From NCBI GenBank assembly GCA_021613535.1, contig CP075497.1, forward strand, positions 1,054,001-1,118,000: DNA of 64,000 nucleotides, in the 5' to 3' direction. Every line of letters starts with the position of its first letter. Position 1 is the stretch's first letter. The DNA comes from Adineta vaga (lineage: Eukaryota > Animalia > Rotifera). This document shows positions 1-12,873 of the stretch, piece after piece. The notes beneath the pieces were generated by a model, which saw only the letters and a list, made by a program, of their open reading frames with translations, made no database searches and had not been told where the DNA came from. A program made the translations under genes and the position numbers.

Positions 1-2
1 AT

Positions 3-683
3 CAGCTAAATTATCCAACAGATGCGATTCTTTATAAGCAGAAACGTTCTCTCATTATATGTGATAGTGAGAACAAACGTATAGTGAAATGGTCTCGTAC
101 TATTGATATTGATCGACAAATCTTGATCTCTTTTACCCATTGTTACGGTCTAGCCATGGACAGTGATGAAAATCTTTATGTTAGTGATTATGAATATCAT
201 GTAGTTAGACGTTGGAAACACGGCGAAGCATATGGCACAAAAGTAGCAGGTGGAAATGGAGGTGGAAGTCATTTAAATCAACTCAACTCTCCTCGTTTTA
301 TTTTTGTCGATCGAAATGCTTCAGTTTATGTAGCGGATACTTACAATGGTCGAATAATGAAATGGATTGAAGATGCACAAGTAGGTATAATTGTTGCTCG
401 CACAGAATATTCCACAGGGAACTTGGCACATCGACTTCTTGTTGCAGGAGTAATTGTTGATCATATGGGAAACGTTTACGTATCCGATATGTTGAATTGC
501 GAAATCACACGTTGGTCACCAGGAGCACTCAATGGTGAAACTGTTGCCAAGCAATATGAATTTAATGGAGACGCTGATATTGAGTGTGACCTCTCCAAAA
601 TAGCATTTGATCGACAGGGTAATCTTTATGTTGTTGATACGGACAATCATCGAATACAGAAATTCGCTGTTTATCATACTTAG
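3..683 (+). CDS. NHL-repeat (beta-propeller) protein, 5'-truncated by the window edge
   Basis: Frame open from nt 3 (QLNYPTDA..ICDSENKRIVKW). Repeated NHL motifs: LYVSDYEYHVVRRW, QLNSPRFIFVD, VYVADTYNGRIMKW, GNLYVVDTDNHRIQKF. Confidence 0.9.
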   Translation, partial: QLNYPTDAILYKQKRSLIICDSENKRIVKWSRTIDIDRQILISFTHCYGLAMDSDENLYVSDYEYHVVRRWKHGEAYGTKVAGGNGGGSHLNQLNSPRFIFVDRNASVYVADTYNGRIMKWIEDAQVGIIVARTEYSTGNLAHRLLVAGVIVDHMGNVYVSDMLNCEITRWSPGALNGETVAKQYEFNGDADIECDLSKIAFDRQGNLYVVDTDNHRIQKFAVYHT

Positions 684-1319
684 AACTGCTTTTAACAATA
701 ACAGAACTTTTCGATATCTAACCTTTTTTTGTTGTTGTCAGAAATGAATAAACAAATCCGTATGTTGAGAAAAATTCGTCAAAATAAAATACAAGCTGAC
801 TTATCATTGACCATTTCAAGGATGTAGACGATTAAACAAGGAGTACACCCTCATCCGCATCACATTTGACTGTAGTTATATCCGATTATTTTTAATATCA
901 TTTTGAGAAGCTTCTCAAATTGAATTGTTTTTTATATTCGACATGAAAATGATTATTGGGTGAATCCACAGAGATTCTAGATCACTCTGATGGGACAAGT
1001 TTCTTTCCTCGATTTTGATATTCTAGTTAAACGTATCATCGTCGAAAATGATCAGAGATAACGAAAGAAACATTTAATCATATGTTAAGTTTGGAGGTCT
1101 AGGATATTTTTTATGAACCTGTCAATGTATGTGTATATTGAGATTCTAAAACATTGTACAATGATAAAACTGTCAGTGTTGGTTTTGTTTTAACTGAAAT
1201 ATATTCAAAACTGTTAACAATGAAAAACAAAAAAACTTCGAAAAATCGTATTTTCGACAATGATACATCTAGCTAGAATATCAAAGTCAAGAAAAAAAGA
1301 CACTTTTCCACAAAAGTGG

Positions 1320-1371
1320 TGAGGGTAGGTGTGGGTGTGGGTCAGGCTATACTCTTAACACCCACCCTCAA
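1320..1371. repeat. Telomere-like inverted-repeat element (copy A)
   Basis: TGAGGGTAGGTGTGGGTGTGGGT - spacer - ACACCCACCCTCAA. Confidence 0.8.
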
Positions 1372-2444
1372 ATTTAACATCCCGTTGTACGAGATGTAAT
1401 GTGTTTTTCTGTGTCTATGATAAAAGATATTGCTTATTGTTGGTCTTTATAATCGTGACTGTGTTTATTTAAAAGCGTTTTTTCCCATCATTCAATCTGA
1501 AATATAAAAAAACCATAGACTCATCACTTGTCAGGATAAAGTTGGAGAAAAAGAGACAAACAAAGCTAAGGAAAAAACATAACGAACGAAAGGAAAAAAT
1601 ACGGCTACACATGCGAATTTCACTATGCGACGGTAAATATTGACAACGCGATACGTTAGATTCACTAGGTTTTATCCAACGTGATTACAATAGTATTAAC
1701 TCCAATTGACAACGACTCCATGATTCTTTGGTTTCGTCAAGATCCTCTCGGTTTTTTCCAGTACATATGGAAACGCAATGGCGAGTTTAGTGATGTTACC
1801 TATCAGCGAACCATCTGGTTGAAGTTTGACTCAGGTCACGTCTGCTACTCTCGTCCTTCCTCTAGGCCCCACGGATAAGCACCATGAAAATTTTAGTGAC
1901 CGTAGGCTTCTATTACAAGGACTAAACGCACAGCGAATAGACAGGTACACGAGGATATAAAAATTCAATAATTTTCATCTTATAAATCAGAAATATTCAG
2001 ACAATGTTACTTCCCTCGGAAGATTAAATTAAGATAGAAAAAAAAAACAATTCTTTTTGGAAGTGAGAAAATACACAGTTATATATAGAATTACATTCAT
2101 TTTTCGGACAGAATAATAGAATATTTTAAAAGAAAAAACCCATCGATAAATCATTATTTTGTCGGTGTATCTTATCGTTTTTTCCATTTGATATTCTCAC
2201 AATGCGTTTTGACTCATGACGCTATACGCTATTTGTGTCATGCTTCATAATCTTATTTTGCTGTTCTACGACTACTTGAAATATATGCATGGCTTTTTAC
2301 CACCTTTATTGATTGGAGATTTTCCTAATCGTCTTTTGTTCTATAATATTATATAAGATGAGCTACTGATGTGAAAGGTATTCGTCGTGTAAAACTTATT
2401 AATAATTATAACGCTAAATATTATCTGTTTCGATCGATTAAAAA

Positions 2445-3031
2445 ATGGGTAAAAAGCATTTTGGAAGACTGTATCGACGTATCAGAGAAAAATTAGGTAC
2501 TATCACCTGCAAGATCTCTCATTTCTGTGATGAGTTCGACGAATCGTGCAATTATGCTGGTGCAATTATCTATGCAATTGATGGAGAATATAAATGGAAA
2601 AATGACTGTATGTATTATATATAAAATAAACAATGAAAATTTCTTGTCTTGTAGCCGGTGGAAAAGCAGATGGTTTTAAAGGACGAAGTTTCTATCTGAT
2701 AATTCAATGCACAGACGATTGGCCTGAATCATGTCTAAACGATGTTGGTCAGGGACGTGTGCATGATTATCTATTGAAGAATGTTCTAGGTATTGATTAT
2801 CATCGAGATCGTATTGCTTGTGGTGGTTTTTCCTATGTCGATGGAAAACTGAAATACAATAGTATTTGGCTTAATGCAAGTGATCAAGAAGGTGCTGAAA
2901 GCAATGGAGATAAAATGTTGAGTGATAAGGAAAAGGTTTTAGTCAAATATTGTTTTAGAAAATACAAGAAGCATGGTAAAGATTACGTATTTGAAATTTC
3001 GTCGGATGTGGAGGACAAAATAGCAGATTAG
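2445..3031 (+). CDS. Hypothetical ~179-aa protein, 2 exons (2445-2607, 2655-3031)
   Basis: ATG at 2445 (MGKKHFGRLYRR...). A 47-bp GTATGT..TAG intron at 2608-2654 joins in frame to ORF 2633-3031. No family recognised. Confidence 0.65.
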
Positions 3032-3269
3032 TTGAAAATATTTTTTATATTATTCCAGAAATTGAAGAATTGGACAAAGACTTTATTCATCTTGTTTTCG
3101 CTAAATATAATCGTCAAAAAAAACGAAAAAAAAATATTTGATAATTTTTAAATAACTTAATTGTGTTTTGCTTTCAATCAATGCAACAATAAAATTGTGT
3201 ATTTTGTTTTCTTTTCTTATAGATTAGTATTCACTTATCTTATCACGGATTGTACAGTAAAAATTATAG

Positions 3270-4140
3270 ATGTCAAACAAAACTATACCAAAACGTAGTT
3301 CGCGATCTTCATCAAAATCAAAACTGAATTGTATTTCAATGTCTGTTGATCCAGAAGATGAGAATGATCTCATCCGTATTGTTTGTATTTCTGATACTCA
3401 TAATGGACATAGTAAGCAAAAATTTAATGATAAAATTCGGAAAATAAATGCTGATATTTTAATACATGCTGGCGATTTTGGTGAACATGGAACAGATGAA
3501 GAAAGAACCGATTTTTTACAATGGCTCGAATCATTAACAAATTTCCAGTACAAAATATTCATTGCTGGTAATATGGATGCGATCGGTTTGGATAACAAAT
3601 GTGAAGATGCTCGACGACGAAAACATCTCAACTTGGTTTCTAATGATTCAACTGTTATCTATCTAGAAAATGAATCATGTAAAGTACTTGGAATAAAAAT
3701 CTATGGATGTCCATATACACCAGAGTTTTATGGTGGTTTTCAATATGTTCGTCAATCACAACAAGCAATGGATTTATGGGAGAATATTCCGATTGATTGT
3801 GATCTACTGATATCTCATGGACCACCTCGCAAAATTCTTGATCAAAACTCTAGAGGTATTATTGTTTTATAAGTTTTAAATGCTATTTGTTATTATTTCT
3901 CAAATAGGTGATCATGTTGGTTGTCGTGATCTAAAAGAAGCTATTTGGAGAAGACCATCATTAAAAGCAATCATATTTGGTCATGTACATCGCGATTATG
4001 GCATCACGAGAAAAAAAGACAAATGGTTCATTAATGCTGCACAGTACAACGGCATTTATGAAAATGATATTGAAAATAGAGTGATTGAATTGTCTATCAG
4101 ACGAAACGATAAAATGGTTTATGAACCGTATAGTTTATAA
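3270..4140 (+). CDS. Calcineurin-like metallophosphoesterase, MPPED1/239FB-like, 2 exons (intron 3856-3907)
   Basis: Motifs CISDTH, HAGDF, IAGNMD, SHGPP, VGC, FGHVH, FINAA. A 52-bp GT-AG intron joins the two ORFs in frame. Confidence 0.9.
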
Positions 4141-4551
4141 GTTTTGCTTGATGAAAATTTATATTTATTACAATAAGCTGTAGAATGAGGATGGGATCAA
4201 TAAGATATCTTCACTCTATAGCATTACTAATTTATGTTTTCACCGTTTCAATCGCAATAAATCTTTCTTTTAATCAAGAGAACTACTAGATAAGTTATAA
4301 GATTAATCGAATATAGGAGCATATTGGTGCTGGATCTTGGAGTTTTGTATCTCTAGGTACGATTAAATTAATAGGACTAAAATTATTTATGATTCGCAAT
4401 ATATTAAGTCATACACCGTAGAAATTATAAGTTGTATACATTTATCATGAGCTCCCTAACTCGAATTCGGATAGGAATAGATTTTCTTTCATCTATATGC
4501 GATTATACTTCACACAAAATGTTTTCCTATAAGAATAGAAATAGATAGGAA

Positions 4552-4634
4552 TGGGTGTGGGTTGAAATAAAGAATCGATACCCACACCCACAACACCCCC
4601 TCAAGATGCTGCTACCCCTTCGAACACCCTCAAG
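4552..4634. repeat. Telomere-like inverted-repeat element (copy B)
   Basis: Perfect 11-bp IR TGGGTGTGGGT (4552-4562) / ACCCACACCCA (4580-4590), followed by CCCTCAAGATG and a second ACACCCTCAAG. Confidence 0.8.
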
Positions 4635-5132
4635 TAGCTCCTACTCTGCTGCAACCTTACGATACTAATAGCTCTTCCACAGCCTTAGTCCGAAATACTT
4701 GAATTCAACTTTCGACTAATACATTTATGAGAAATAAAGCATATTGTTAAGAAGTAAAACGATCTACAGCTGATATCATTTGTTCACATATATATGACGT
4801 CATATGTTCTTTTCGTTCTGTTCAAACCTATATATATCTTTCATTTCTGCGTTAATAAACGTTATTCTATATCTGATAAAATCTTCTGCTAAATAACATC
4901 CGACGAAACAATACCTATCTCACAATATTTAATAGAATAAGCAAAGATAAAGATAAAAGACACGATTGAAGACTGATCGTTCTAGTGTTAGCGAAGATAG
5001 CCAAATTCGATAAGAGCTTAGCTATACCTCACCTACGGGTATGAACAACAAAAAATTCATCGATGACCAATCAAAAACTGAGAGATATTGAAAATAGTTC
5101 GGATTGTTGGAACATCCAGTAGCGCTTGCTTT

Positions 5133-5633
5133 TCAGCAATAAGGATAACAGTTGATGTTGGTGCTGGAAGCTGCTTTTCTGACAGCAACCAAAACAATAA
5201 TCAGTCCAATCCATGCAGCGACTCCTGCTAAAGTTACCAGAATATTAAAAATGAGTGCTAATGTACTCATTGTTCTTGCTCCGCTCGCATCATTGGAAGA
5301 TTTCCGACTTCGACAGATGAGACTGAAGATTAATGGAAGAAATCCAAGAAGACACCAGCCAATAAAGATATTGGTAATTGACCATGGCAACCAATCACGA
5401 ATTTGAGTAATCGAAGGATCACTGTAGCTATTGGGCGGAAGATAGACTTGTCCTCCTGGCGGTATATATGGCTGATGACCATATGGTACCGGGCCTCCTT
5501 GCTGTATATATGTTTGAGGCACATATTGTACTTGTCCACCTGGCTGCATGTATGGTTTTTGATCGGATTGTGCTTGTTCTGGAGCAGCATACGCAGCAGC
5601 TCGTAATGGATCTGAATAATTTGGGCTGGTCAT
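5133..5633 (-). CDS. CD225/dispanin (IFITM/PRRT-like) membrane protein with a Pro/Gln/Tyr-rich N-terminus
   Basis: IRDWLPWSITNIF..CLLGFLPLIFS..CR..K..ND..GAR..S..ALIFNIL matches the CD225 pattern; two hydrophobic segments. Confidence 0.8.
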   Translation of the reverse strand: MTSPNYSDPLRAAAYAAPEQAQSDQKPYMQPGGQVQYVPQTYIQQGGPVPYGHQPYIPPGGQVYLPPNSYSDPSITQIRDWLPWSITNIFIGWCLLGFLPLIFSLICRSRKSSNDASGARTMSTLALIFNILVTLAGVAAWIGLIIVLVAVRKAASSTNINCYPYC

Positions 5634-6367
5634 TGTACAATCAATCGATCTTTGAAATAAAGAACAACTACAACGAAGCGCTCTAAAATAGGGAAAATAT
5701 TAGTTGATTAAGTTTACTCTGGAAGAATTTTCATTTCAAGTGTAATTCCTTAAAATTCAGCTTGAAAGAAAAAAAAATCCAAATGACTTCAAGTTAATTC
5801 TAAACTGAGTTTTGCCTATTTGTTAATGAAATTGAGGGTTTCGGTATTCCCTTTGTCTCACATCCATATCTACATTAACTCTATGCAAATATCTCAGTGA
5901 GAGAAAAAAACAGTAGATATAGCTGAGAATGAAATATAAACCCATACCTTCTTGCCCGTCCACATCTCATCAGATAAAAGGATCAACTAAAAAACATATT
6001 AGATAAGGATTTAGGAATACGCAAAGAGGGTGTGCGTAGATAAGAGAAAATAAACAAGTATGAAACTCATATTCGTTCTCACAACTTTACTATCGCCTTA
6101 CACACATTCATAACGCTACTAAAAAAAGTGTCTATCGAATTCCTTTTTGATGTCAAACGATAAGCACTTTCAAACTAACCTTATTGCGTAGACTGCCATG
6201 AGTTTCGTTTTCTACGATTATTTATACATCTATATGCTGGAAATTTTCTTTCCTTTCAGCCGTAAGAAAGTATGATTTTTACGTTCGTCATGCATAAAAA
6301 GTGCTTTTACTATGATGTTCGTTTAAAGTTTGCTGGTGAGGATGCGAGTTTGTGTCAATAAAGAAAG

Positions 6368-6406
6368 AGAGGGTGTGGGTGAAAATACAAAAGACCCTCA
6401 CCCTCT
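6368..6406. repeat. Telomere-like inverted-repeat element (copy C)
   Basis: AGAGGGTGTGGGT - spacer - ACCCTCACCCTCT. Confidence 0.75.
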
Positions 6407-6655
6407 GATTTTTGAGTTAGAAGGGTTCTCTGGTTTGTGTCAATGAGAGACAGAATATATTATGCAATAGAAGTATACAAATTTTCAGCTACCTATGTCT
6501 TATAATGATTGAAGTACAAGGCCAATACTCTTATCAACAGCTGTCTCTCAGAACTTATTTTGTCGACATTTTCATATTGGAAATAAAGTGATTAAATTAA
6601 GCAGCGCAAATTTATTTCAAAATAAATTCAAACGGGTATGATTGGAGATAACCAG

Positions 6656-8818
6656 TTATTTTCTAGCAAATATATTCTCAAATCCTCCTTGCATCTCAAT
6701 AGCCTCTTTGGACTTCTTTGCTTTTTGTTTTTTAACAATATAAATGGCAGTTACGGATAAAGCAATAATAATGACTGTTAAAGGAATCATTATTGCTAAT
6801 ATTGTTTTCCATTTTCGATCATCTTTTACTGCCCCTAATGTAGTCGGAATGTTCGTCGTTGTAATCAATGTTGTCAAGTTTGATGTCAATGGTTGATCTG
6901 TTTTCGTGGTTGTTGTAGTAGTCGTCGATATTGTACTATTCTTAGTTGAAACACTTGTGCTTGATAATGACGATTGCGTCGATGTGACAGTTGTGCTCGA
7001 TGATGATGATGATGATGATGATGATTCAGTCAATGGGTTAGTTATAGTTGATAAAGATGAGGTCGATTGTGTAGATGTTATTGTTGTACTATTTGACAAA
7101 GATGAACAATACAAATCAATATTCATACATTGTTGAGTTAAATCGTCTACAATTGAATGATTCGATAAACAAATTGGATAATTATTAGTATCAAGTATGT
7201 TTTTAAACATAAATACAAAACAATTACATGGATGATTTTTATCAAGAATCAAAGATGTTGGATTTAATATGTGAAATATGGATTTTGATAAACAATAATC
7301 ATCATTATTGAAATGAATATCATTAAGAACAATTTGTAAAAATAATGAACGATAATTTGATTGAATCAATGTATTATTTCTTGATTCATAAAACCAAAAT
7401 TTATTTGTTTTTGGTATCTGAGAAAGATTCAAATGAGATAATGATTTTAATTTTGTAAATATAAACCAATTAATTTCTTCTAGATGTGTACAATTCACCA
7501 ATGATAAAGTAATAAGAGTCGACGCGATATTATCAAGAAATGAAGTTGTTACATTTCGAGGTTTAAAATCTTCATCATATTTTATTTTCGTTGTTTCTAA
7601 TGAAGTAAATAAATTCGATGATAAATCCAAATCTGTCACAATTGTTCTATTGAAAGTCAATGGATGAATTGATTCAATATGATTCGAATTTAATTCAATT
7701 CTTCTAAGTTGATATGTATTTCTAAATGAATCCTCTTCTAAGTGTTTTATTTGATTAAATGATAATTGTAATGCATTTAAATTCGAAAGATTTCGTATTG
7801 GATCAAAATTATGTAGAAAATTATTTGATAAATCAAGAATATGTAATGTTTGATTGAGTGGATATAAAAATGATGTTAATTCATTATGAATTGTTACAGT
7901 TTCAAGTGAATTCAAATGATTATCATGTAATAATAAAATACCTATTTGTAAACCAAGAAATGCATCAAATGATATGTGTTTTATTCGATTAAATGATAAA
8001 TCAAGTTCAAAAAGATGAGTTGAATTCGTAAATATATGTGATTTAATTTCTTCGATAAAATTATTATGTAAATCAATATTAATAATCTCAGAAAATTTCA
8101 TTAATGGAGGAATATGAATTAATTCATTTGATGATAGATCTAATTTAATTAATGATTGAGATGACAAACTTTCAAAAAGAAGATCAACATTTGTTAATGA
8201 ACAATTACTTATTTGAATTTCTTGCCAGAGTAAAGTTGATGATTGATTTGAAATAAAATGCATTTCTTTTGAATTTAAAATATTTATTTGAAAAATATTT
8301 GTATGATCAAATGCTTTTAAATTGAATTCATATGGAAGATTATGAATATTAGTAAATTGTATATCATCAATATCAAATTCAAGATATTTCATTTGACTAA
8401 AAGCATTATCAGCAAGTTGAAAATTTCTTGGTGAGTTAAATCTTAAATAAATTGGTGTATTGATAAAATAATTGAATGATTCAAAAATATTTTCTGTTAT
8501 TTCATCAATTCCATTTATAAAATCCAATTTAATTTGTGGAATTAAAGGAAATTTTGAGGAAAAATTCGTAAATGTAGAAGATGTTAAACGTGTAAAGTTA
8601 ATAAAATGAAATGAATTATATTGATGTTCATTTGAAAATGTTGACCAATCGATGAAAGTGTCATCGCTAGGAGAATTTTCAATACAAGTCACTGGACTTG
8701 AATCATCTTTGCAATAACAAATAATAAATGAATTATTAAGACATATTGTTTGTGATTTGATGAAATTTGTAATTATAATCAAATAAAGAAGACAGAAAAA
8801 GTATTTTAATCGGAACAT
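6656..8818 (-). CDS. Type I membrane leucine-rich-repeat protein (signal peptide, LRRs, Ser/Thr stalk, TM, short tail)
   Basis: MFRLKYFFCLLYLII signal; LxxLDLSxNxL repeats; Cys-rich LRR C-cap (CNC); Ser/Thr-rich stalk; TM ILAIMIPLTVIIIALSVTAIYIV. Single ORF. Confidence 0.9.
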   Translation of the reverse strand: MFRLKYFFCLLYLIIITNFIKSQTICLNNSFIICYCKDDSSPVTCIENSPSDDTFIDWSTFSNEHQYNSFHFINFTRLTSSTFTNFSSKFPLIPQIKLDFINGIDEITENIFESFNYFINTPIYLRFNSPRNFQLADNAFSQMKYLEFDIDDIQFTNIHNLPYEFNLKAFDHTNIFQINILNSKEMHFISNQSSTLLWQEIQISNCSLTNVDLLFESLSSQSLIKLDLSSNELIHIPPLMKFSEIINIDLHNNFIEEIKSHIFTNSTHLFELDLSFNRIKHISFDAFLGLQIGILLLHDNHLNSLETVTIHNELTSFLYPLNQTLHILDLSNNFLHNFDPIRNLSNLNALQLSFNQIKHLEEDSFRNTYQLRRIELNSNHIESIHPLTFNRTIVTDLDLSSNLFTSLETTKIKYDEDFKPRNVTTSFLDNIASTLITLSLVNCTHLEEINWFIFTKLKSLSHLNLSQIPKTNKFWFYESRNNTLIQSNYRSLFLQIVLNDIHFNNDDYCLSKSIFHILNPTSLILDKNHPCNCFVFMFKNILDTNNYPICLSNHSIVDDLTQQCMNIDLYCSSLSNSTTITSTQSTSSLSTITNPLTESSSSSSSSSSTTVTSTQSSLSSTSVSTKNSTISTTTTTTTKTDQPLTSNLTTLITTTNIPTTLGAVKDDRKWKTILAIMIPLTVIIIALSVTAIYIVKKQKAKKSKEAIEMQGGFENIFARK

Positions 8819-9488
8819 CTTTGTGTAAGTCAAAGAATTCTATTGTAATCACGTCTTTGCATATCTTATCTATTACAAGGCAAGTTTTCTTATGACAAAG
8901 ATATTTTTTTGCTTCAACATGATATTCTTACTCATCGTAGATGATTCAAGGATATAATACATTGAGTACATGAGTATCATTGATAAATATTTGTCATGAA
9001 CTTTTTTAGTTATTCATATTTGATCGAATGGAAATATATGATCTGTATTCAGTAAGGACTGGTATTGAAAAAAAGATTTTCGGATGAATTTAATCATTAA
9101 AAATATTCAAACTTTTATGTTCAGATCGTGAATCAGTTTTCGAAATCTCTTTTACGTAGAATTCATACATTATCTATATCAAAACGTTATTTACAAGAGA
9201 TTATAGTCTCATATGCTTTTCAAATAAAATCATTGTAATATTTACTCAACTTAAAATAGTTTAGATTTAAGAGAAACTAATGCTGCAATTTATGTATTTG
9301 ATGGATGTGGGTTTGTTTGTGAAAATATGCTAGTTTTATTCACCATCACGCTTGTCATAGTTTCATTTCGCAACACCTTATCTTATCAAAACAGAAAGAG
9401 TTGAGAAAAAACTAGATATATACAAGATATGTGAATTTTGGCATCAATAGCTACAATAGAGTTGGGCGTGGACTCTATAACTTTGTCT

Positions 9489-9572
9489 ACACTCACACCC
9501 ACACCCACACCCACACCCACACCCACACCCACACCCACACCCACACCCACATCCACACCCACACCCACACCT
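9489..9572. repeat. Interstitial (ACACCC)n = (TGTGGG)n telomere-type array, ~14 units (copy D)
   Basis: 11 perfect ACACCC units plus ACACTC, ACATCC and ACACCT variants. A degenerate G-strand arm TGGGCGTGG lies at ~9463. Confidence 0.9.
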
Positions 9573-9735
9573 ATCACACCACCTAACAACTTCACTCTGC
9601 ATGACTACAAAAGATTGTATTATGCATATAGGTAGTGAGGACAATCAACTTTGACAGGTGAAAAACGTTTTTTCTGCATATTTTGCTTACACATTCGCAA
9701 TAAATAAATAAATATGTTATTCATACTTGTTTAGA

Positions 9736-9786
9736 AGGGTGTGGGTGTGGGTGAGATACTACAGGCGTCCACACACCCACACCTCT
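9736..9786. repeat. Telomere-like inverted-repeat element (copy E)
   Basis: AGGGTGTGGGTGTGGGTG - spacer - CCACACACCCACACCTCT. Confidence 0.8.
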
Positions 9787-9849
9787 ATGAAATAGAAAAA
9801 TAGATCTGTGAAAATAAAATTTTTTCTTATATTGTATTTCTTTATAGTT

Positions 9850-12783
9850 CGCACAAAATTCTTCGATAGAGTTCAAATAATAATGAAAAATGTCTTCTCA
9901 CTTATATATAATTTATTAATCAATCTAAATATATTTCCTATGCGAGATTTTGGAACAAATAAACATCGAATGACTATGAAACAACTTGGTCAATGGAGTA
10001 CTCGTCTTTACATTATTCTATTTATTGGTGCATTTATAATTGTTACTTTATATGAAATTAGTACACCTAGAACAATAACAATAACTTTTAATCAACCATC
10101 ATTTTATTTATACAATGATCTGACATATAAATATGATCATAAATTAGTTTGTACTTGTTCATCAATTGCTTCAACATATAAAAAATATACAACAATTGAA
10201 CCAATGTTTCATGAAGTAATAGAAAAATGAGAAAAAGAAAATGGTTTTGTTCTTCATTTTTAATAATTCTAGATCTGTTCAAGTCAATTCATATCTGAAG
10301 AATGGCGAATTAATTTTACAAAAAATCTTATTTCAAATTTATCTAATTATGAAATCAAAGATTATCGTCGTTTTCTTTCAGCTTATTTACAATTTCTTCA
10401 AGGATTATGTGAATTATTTAAACAATCAGTAGTGACATATATTAATCAATTTCTCGATTCATTTCTTATTACAACTCGATGTTTATCACAAGATGATTTT
10501 CAAATGCGTGTTTATTCGAATATCGAACAAATAAAATCAAATTCTCCAAATCAACTTACTCATATACTTTATTTAATTCGACATTTAAATCATAGAAATG
10601 GTATTATCTCTACTTATGGAACGAGTTTTCAGTATGTTCCTTTCACAAACTTCCAGTATTTTCGGACATTTTACAACTATCGGTATTATTTATGATGGAT
10701 GTTCATGTGAAAAACAACACAATTGTACAAGTCAAGCAAAATTTATTGAAACAAATCCTTTTGAAACTACTCCAATCAAAGGTTTGAAAGTTGGATGTAC
10801 ACCAAGTGAATCATTATTTGCTTCAACTCTTGAATGTTTTTATGATTTATCATGTATTGAATTGCTTCAAAAATACACAAATTCTACTATTAATATTCCT
10901 CTTTCAGTGACAAATATGAAACAATTCTCTTTTAACACGACTGATGAAGAACTTATGAATAAATTATTTATTGAAGATTGGCATAAAACAACAAATTATT
11001 CATTGTATTATGATCAATGTTCACCATCATCTTGTTCATATACATAGATACAAAAATTTAATCCACTTTATACATTAACACTTGTTACTGGTTTTCAAGG
11101 TGGAATGGCAATTGTTTTGAAATGGATTTGTCCGAAATTAATTCGAATTCTATTTCAAATCTATAAACATCGAAAAAAACAACAAAATCATGTTCAATCG
11201 ATCACCACGACACAAATTACAATAAGTGAAAATATTTCATGTCATCTCGAATCAGAGTACGTTGATTTTATTCTCATTTTCTTTCGAATCTTATTTTTTC
11301 TTTAAAGAACAAATTCTTCTTTAACAAAACAATATTCTTCGAAGATTTTCTTAAAATGGATATCAATTGTTATAATAATCATCACAATTCTTATTTTATT
11401 TTCTATTCTTTTTGTCAAAGTTCAACTTACAACAAAAACAATAAGTACAAGTATGATCTTCGAAAATTCTATACTGAATTTCAAGTTCATAAATTTGTTT
11501 TATTCAGAATGTTTTTAAAATATACTTTCATTCTAGCGATCTCGACCAGCGCACCCATAACAATAACAAACAATATAACAGAATCAAATTCTACGGAAAG
11601 TAAGTACATTTAAGTATATCTTTTTTTTTGTATTTAAGAATGTGTATTTCAAAGTTAGATTAATATTAATGTTTTATTATTTATAGATTGTCAATTACAG
11701 TTTCAATTGAAACCAATAAGTAATTGGATTTATTCAGATATTTATGGTAAGAGTTTGGTTGTTTATTTTAATGATGATCTAAGAGATGAAATTGTTGTTT
11801 GGTCTGGTCGTTCTAATGAAATATCTATATTGTCTGAACATATTAATGGAGATTTTCAAATGCGAAACTTATCTTTGGATAGAGAAATATTAACTCTACT
11901 TATCAGTGATTTTAATAATGATAAGTACTACGATTTGGTAATAGGTGAATTTCCCGATCGCATACATGTTTATTTGGGAAAGACTAACTATACATTTGGA
12001 CCGTCAATTACTACAATTTTAATAGATTATTATTATCTAATACTGGAGTTGAAGAGTGGTGATTTCGATAACGATAATATCTGAGACATTATTATAGTTT
12101 CAAATATTTATGATAGATTGATTTTATTGATAGGACACGGTAATGGAACTTTTGGCAAACAATATCAAGTTATTATTTCTGTAATATTATCTTTAATGAT
12201 ACCGCCAATCATCAACGATTACAATAACGATGGTCATCTGGGCATTATCGTTGCCGATGCGAACTATGAAAATATCTTTATATGTTTTGGATATGATAGT
12301 GGCATATTTGACGTAAAGATATTTTATAAAAAAATCAGTTTCAGTCTGATGCCATATTCATTAGTTGTGAATGATTTCAATAACGACGGTCAGCTGGATT
12401 TTCTTATTTTCTATATGGCTGGTAGGTTAATTACGGTAATAAATGATGTCGATTATGAAAGGTTGGATTTATTAATCGAATCTACTGTAGATCTTGGTGT
12501 TAATATGTTCGGCCCTATTCTTACAACTGACTTTAATGAAGATGATAATGAAGATATTATTGGAATAGATAGTCATACGAGAAATCTGTTCGTATTCTTA
12601 GGTGATGGAAATGGAAATTTTAAAAGAAAAACAAATTTCACCAGCGAATCTTTTACAAATTACATGAGTCCTAATTTGTTCCTTGTTGTGAATAACTTCA
12701 GTGATGATAAACACAAAGAACTAATAGTTTATAATATGTTTAAAGAAACTATCGATATTATTTCAAGTGAAAATCAATGTTAA
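9850..12783 (+). pseudogene. Multi-exon TM + Cys-rich ectodomain + C-terminal FG-GAP/VCBS-repeat gene, disrupted
   Basis: STRLYIILF..CTCSSI..PMFHE|ICSSQF..GCTPSESLFASTLECFYD..YYDQCSPSSCSYT, then DFNND/DYNNDG FG-GAP repeats. Frameshift near 10670 and in-frame stops at ~11045 and ~12082. 5' end uncertain. Confidence 0.75.
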
Positions 12784-12873
12784 ATTTTTTCTCATAAACA
12801 AAAGAAAACAAGTATTTTTATTTTCATTAAGTTATTTATCTTGTAAATCAGCTTGTGAAATAAATCTTCGTCG

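Noticed and set aside
958-1310. MITE-like fragments (also ~12960-13030, ~23690-24000, ~27980, ~36200-36340)
   Set aside because: They look like transposon ends, but I could not pair termini or find TSDs.
9386-9644. ORFs encoding (GV)n, (TP)n and (CG)n
   Set aside because: Translations of the ACACCC hexamer array; no other coding evidence.
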